DNA of 64,000 nt. It comes from an uncultured Acidobacteriota bacterium (GTDB lineage Bacteria; Acidobacteriota; Thermoanaerobaculia; Gp7-AA8). The translations under genes were made by a program, and so were the position numbers. The notes beneath the pieces are model-generated. The model did not search any database, had not been told where the DNA came from, and saw only the letters and a program-made list of their open reading frames with translations. Positions 59,941 to 64,000 of the stretch are shown piece by piece; the stretch's first letter is position 1, and every line of letters starts with the position of its first letter. The DNA is taken from contig CAVUKB010000006.1 in NCBI GenBank assembly GCA_963741955.1, positions 192,001 through 256,000 of the forward strand, written 5' to 3'.

Positions 59941-62900
59941 ATGCGACGTCTCATCACTCTCCTTTCCGCCGTTCTCGCACTCACGGCGATCTCCGCCGGA
60001 GCTCAGGTCGATTCGGAGCTTCTCGCCGGGATGAAAGCCCGCGCGATCGGTCCCGCAACCATGAGTGGACGGATCGCAGCGATCGAGGGGGTCGATTCGG
60101 ACTCTCACATCGTCTATGTGGGAGCCGCCACCGGCGGCGTGTGGAAGTCGGTCGACGGCGGTCTCACCTGGAATCCGATCTTCGACGATCAGCCGGTGCA
60201 TGCGATCGGCGCGATCGCGGTCTATCAGAAGAGCCCGGACATCGTGTGGGTCGGAACGGGGGAATCGAACGTCCGCAACAGCGTCTCGGTCGGCAACGGA
60301 ATGTACCGATCGATCGACGGAGGGAAGCACTGGACGCACGTGGGGCTGGACAAGACCGAGCACATCGGCCGCATCGCCCTCGATCCGGACGATCCCAACG
60401 TCGCGTGGGCCGCAGCACTCGGGCAGGAGTGGGGCTACAACTCCGAGCGCGGGGTTTACAAGACCACCGACGGAGGAAAGACGTGGCGGAAGGTTCTCTA
60501 CGTCGACCAGAAGACCGGCGCGTTCGACCTCGCCATCGATCCGTCGAACCCGAACCACCTCGTGGCGAGCATGTGGGAGTTCCGCCGCTGGCCATGGTTC
60601 TTCCAGTCCGGAGGTCCGGGGTCAGGTCTTTACGTCAGCTGGGACGGCGGTGAGTCGTGGAAACGGATGACCGTCGAAGACGGGATGCCGAAGGGAATCC
60701 TCGGGAAGATCGGCGTCGACTTCTCCCGGTCGAATCCCAACATCGTCTACGCGCTGGTCGAAGCGGAGAAGAGCGTCCTCCTTCGTTCCGATGACGGCGG
60801 AAAGAGCTGGAAGACGGCGAACGCGAAGTGGGATATCGACCCGCGGCCATTCTACTTCGGCGACATCGCAGTGGATCCGAAGGATCCGAACCGGCTGTAC
60901 AACCTCTGGACCATGGTTTCGTACTCCGAAGACGGAGGAAAGAACTTCGAAGTCCTGATCCCCTATCGGAAGATCCATCCGGATCACCATGCAATGTGGA
61001 TCGACCCGAACGACCCGACCCACATCTGGGACGGCAATGACGGCGGCGTGGCCGAGAGCCGCGACCATGGGAAGACGTGGCGTTACGTCTCCAACCTTCC
61101 GCTCGGACAGTACTACCACATCAGTTACGACATGGACCGCCCCTACCACATCTACGGAGGAATGCAGGACAACGGCTCGTGGAAGGGACCGGAGGCGGTC
61201 TGGCACAGCGGCGGTATCCGCAACTGGGACTGGCAGGAAGTCGGCTTCGGCGATGGGTTCGGAACCCTCGGCCTCTCCAGCGACTCCAGCATCGGTTACG
61301 CGATGAGCCAGGAAGGCTACATCCTCCGCTGGAACCTGAAGACCGGCGAACGGAAGGACATCCGTCCCGCCGGACCTCCCGGTGTCGATCTCCGCTTCAA
61401 CTGGAACGCCGGAATCGCCGCCGACCCGTTCGACCCGAACGGCTTCTACTTCGGGAGCCAGTTTCTGCACCACACCTCGGATCGAGGTGAGACATGGCAG
61501 ATCATCAGTCCCGATCTGACCACCAACAATCACGACTGGCAGCATCAGGACAGAAGTGGAGGCCTGACCCCTGACGCGTCCGGAGCGGAGAACTACACCA
61601 CCATCATCTCCATCGCACCGAGCCCGGTTCAGAAGGGAGTGGTGTGGGTGGGGACCGACGACGGGCGGCTCCAGATCACTCGAGACGGCGGTGCCACCTG
61701 GGCCAGCGTCGAGGCGAACGTCAAAGGAGTTCCGAAGAACACCTGGATTCCTCACATCCAGGCATCGAACAGCGATGCAGGAACGGCCTGGGTCGTGTTC
61801 GACAACCATCGCCGCTCCGACTGGACGCCGTACGTCTACCAGACCACCGACTTCGGCCGGAGCTGGAAGAGCCTGGTCACACCGGACATTCGCGGATACG
61901 CGCTGACCCTGGTGCAGGATCCCGGCGACCCGAACCTTCTCTTCCTCGGCACCGAGTTCGGGCTCTGGTTCTCCAATGATGGGGGGAAGGCTTGGGTACC
62001 TTTCAAGGCGGGTCTCCCCACCGCCTCGGTGATGGCGCTCGCGGTTCATCCGCGCGACGAAGACCTGATCGTCGCGACGCATGGCCGCTCTGCGTACATC
62101 GTGGACGACATCCGGCCGCTTCGCGAGGTTTCCAGGACGCTGCTCTCCGAACCGCTTCACATCTTCAGCGTCCCCGAAGCGCAGCAGTACCGCGTGGCAC
62201 AACCGCGCGGCGAACGCTTTGCCGGAGACGGCGAATTCCGCGGCGAGAACAAACCGTACGGCGCGATGATCACCTACTCCCTCGCCGATTCGACTCTTCC
62301 GTATCCGAAGGAAGAGATCGAGCGCGAGAGGAAGGAGAAGGAGCGCCAGGCGAAACTGAAGGAGCCGGTGAACGAGAACGGCATCCCACAGCAGATCCTC
62401 GACCTCCCGAAGGAGCCGAAGGCTTCACAGGCCGTGGCCGAGGAGACGAAAGCCACTGAGCCGACGAAACAGGAGCCGGGCGAAGCGAAAAAGGAAGAGA
62501 AACCGAAGGTCGAAGTCACGGTGACCGACGCGAACGGGAACGTGATCCGCCATTTCAAGGCTCCCGCAGTCCAGGGGATCAACCGCGCGACATGGGACCT
62601 GCACCGCGACGCTTTCCGCCAGCCTCCCCGTGAGGAGAACTCCGAAGAGGACTTCCGCCCACGGACCGGCCCGGAGATCATCCCCGGCACGTATACGGTC
62701 ACATTGAAGTACAAGGACCATACGGCATCGCAGAAGGTCGTCGTCGCGGCCGATCCGCGGTTCGACATCGCTCCCGACGTCCGGCAGGCAAAATACGATG
62801 CGATCATGCGCGCCGGCGCACTCCAGGAGACAGCGACCGATGCGATCGCTGCACTCAATCGAGCGGAAACGGATGTCGATTCCGTCCTCGGGGTCCTGAA

Positions 62901-63279
62901 TGCGCGGAAGGAGGCGCTCGCTCCGGGAGTCGAAGAATCGGACGACGTGAAAGCCCTTCGGAAGGCCGCAGCAGCACTCACCACCAGGCTCGGCAAGGTC
63001 GAGCATGAAGTCTGGATCCCGCCGAAGACGAAGGGGATTCTCGCTGAGAAGGACGCGATGTCGAAGATCAGCGGCGCGATGTGGGCGATGTCGTCCTCGT
63101 GGGATCGTCCGACACCGGCGCAGCTCGACTACCTCGCGCGTGCGAGACAGATCCTCGAGAAGGCTCTGAAGGACGTCAACGAGGTGCTGACCAAGGACGT
63201 TCCGCAGTTCCGCGACGAGGTCGGAAAGGCAGGCATCGCGCTTTTCCAGCCGCAGCAACCGATCACCATGCCGCAGTAG
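59941..63279 (+). CDS. Secreted VPS10/BNR-repeat glycosyl hydrolase-like protein
   Basis: Signal peptide; IGPATMSGRI; many SxDGGxTW Asp-box repeats; helical C-terminus. Confidence 0.9.
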   Translation: MRRLITLLSAVLALTAISAGAQVDSELLAGMKARAIGPATMSGRIAAIEGVDSDSHIVYVGAATGGVWKSVDGGLTWNPIFDDQPVHAIGAIAVYQKSPDIVWVGTGESNVRNSVSVGNGMYRSIDGGKHWTHVGLDKTEHIGRIALDPDDPNVAWAAALGQEWGYNSERGVYKTTDGGKTWRKVLYVDQKTGAFDLAIDPSNPNHLVASMWEFRRWPWFFQSGGPGSGLYVSWDGGESWKRMTVEDGMPKGILGKIGVDFSRSNPNIVYALVEAEKSVLLRSDDGGKSWKTANAKWDIDPRPFYFGDIAVDPKDPNRLYNLWTMVSYSEDGGKNFEVLIPYRKIHPDHHAMWIDPNDPTHIWDGNDGGVAESRDHGKTWRYVSNLPLGQYYHISYDMDRPYHIYGGMQDNGSWKGPEAVWHSGGIRNWDWQEVGFGDGFGTLGLSSDSSIGYAMSQEGYILRWNLKTGERKDIRPAGPPGVDLRFNWNAGIAADPFDPNGFYFGSQFLHHTSDRGETWQIISPDLTTNNHDWQHQDRSGGLTPDASGAENYTTIISIAPSPVQKGVVWVGTDDGRLQITRDGGATWASVEANVKGVPKNTWIPHIQASNSDAGTAWVVFDNHRRSDWTPYVYQTTDFGRSWKSLVTPDIRGYALTLVQDPGDPNLLFLGTEFGLWFSNDGGKAWVPFKAGLPTASVMALAVHPRDEDLIVATHGRSAYIVDDIRPLREVSRTLLSEPLHIFSVPEAQQYRVAQPRGERFAGDGEFRGENKPYGAMITYSLADSTLPYPKEEIERERKEKERQAKLKEPVNENGIPQQILDLPKEPKASQAVAEETKATEPTKQEPGEAKKEEKPKVEVTVTDANGNVIRHFKAPAVQGINRATWDLHRDAFRQPPREENSEEDFRPRTGPEIIPGTYTVTLKYKDHTASQKVVVAADPRFDIAPDVRQAKYDAIMRAGALQETATDAIAALNRAETDVDSVLGVLNARKEALAPGVEESDDVKALRKAAAALTTRLGKVEHEVWIPPKTKGILAEKDAMSKISGAMWAMSSSWDRPTPAQLDYLARARQILEKALKDVNEVLTKDVPQFRDEVGKAGIALFQPQQPITMPQ

Positions 63280-63381
63280 CGGTCACTGACGGGCCGGTTC
63301 GCACGGACCGGCCCGTCGGGGAGCCGCCTCCAGCTCTCCTTTCGCAACTTCTCCCCGCCGCGGACGTACGATGGTCAATGG

Positions 63382-64000
63382 ATGGCTGGTCTGAGCTCAT
63401 GGAGACGCCTCGCTGAAGAGACCGTGCGGTCGCTGGAGACCCGCTCGGTTACCCGGCTCTATACCGACGAGTGGCCGGAGGCGCGACGTCAGCTCGTCGA
63501 ACGCTACAGCGATGAAATTGCGCGAGAGCCTCGAAGGGTGCGCCGCTCGTTACGAGGCGCGAGTGCAATCCTCCTCGGGCTGGCCGAGCGCCTCGTACCC
63601 CAGCGCCGGATTCTCTTTCTGCTCGCACTCCTGCTCGGGCTCCTCGGCTTTCTCGGCCTGCTGAGCAACATCGACGTGAACCGCCGCACCGTGGTCGTCG
63701 TCTTCGCGATCTTCTTCTGCACCGCGACGATGGTCTTTCTGCTCGGCCTCGAGCTGATCGACAAACTGAGGTATCGCGACGAACTGGAGCTGGCCCGCGA
63801 CCTTCAGGCGAGCCTTCTGCCGAAGGAGCTTCCACGCGTTCCCGGTTACGACCTCGATGCCTACAACCGGATCGCGAATACCGTCGGAGGTGATCTCTAC
63901 GCCTTTGCACATCTGCCGGACGGACGGCTCGCCGTGCTTTTCGGAGACGCCGCCGGGCACGGAATGGCCGCCGGCCTGGTGATGGCCGTGGCACACGCGG
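63382..64000 (+). CDS. Membrane PP2C/SpoIIE serine phosphatase, partial (runs off right edge)
   Basis: Not in the ORF track; translated by hand: MAGLSSWRRLAEE..., two TM helices, ELELARDLQASLLP...VGGDLY...GDAAGHG. Confidence 0.88.
   Translation, partial: MAGLSSWRRLAEETVRSLETRSVTRLYTDEWPEARRQLVERYSDEIAREPRRVRRSLRGASAILLGLAERLVPQRRILFLLALLLGLLGFLGLLSNIDVNRRTVVVVFAIFFCTATMVFLLGLELIDKLRYRDELELARDLQASLLPKELPRVPGYDLDAYNRIANTVGGDLYAFAHLPDGRLAVLFGDAAGHGMAAGLVMAVAHA

Noticed and set aside
63288-63317. Intrinsic terminator after the VPS10 gene
   Set aside because: Strong hairpin but no U-tract; may only be a stabilising stem.
63449-63996. Minus-strand ORFs at the right edge
   Set aside because: Antisense to the partial plus-strand PP2C gene.

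Overview
GC-rich bacterial chromosomal segment, densely coding. Gene content and a secreted-protein C-terminal domain suggest Acidobacteriota, probably Thermoanaerobaculia (inference). About 48 CDSs are supported. They include rne, an acuI-like reductase, gluQ, an ECF sigma/anti-sigma/PDZ trio, nudC, a large secreted nine-heme cytochrome c, PAS-GGDEF-EAL with a NarL-type two-component pair, an MFP plus two RND permeases, an OPT transporter, mpg, suhB, a GT-C-like glycosyltransferase with a methyltransferase, a 1352-aa sigma-54 activator, a complete Rrf2-sufBCDSUT operon, a PfpI protein, a VPS10/BNR protein, and partial PP2C phosphatases at both edges. I recognised no rRNA, tRNA, CRISPR array or transposase. 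The most striking non-coding feature is a ~2.3-kb tandem array (44877-47203) of ten complete and one partial unit. Each unit is a 126-bp core flanked by 31-bp inverted hairpin repeats and separated by heptamer linkers (BIME/REP-like); the array shows mosaic alleles, fused junctions and a 615-bp higher-order period. Other notable items: a structure-conserved tripartite hairpin element at two loci, a paired 13-bp AT-rich palindrome shared by two promoter regions, recurrent intergenic heptamer repeats, the OcwA/NrfA-like surface cytochrome, and the enhancer-binding protein carrying degenerate kinase/STAND/TPR modules. All family assignments come from motif recognition by eye; no searches were run.
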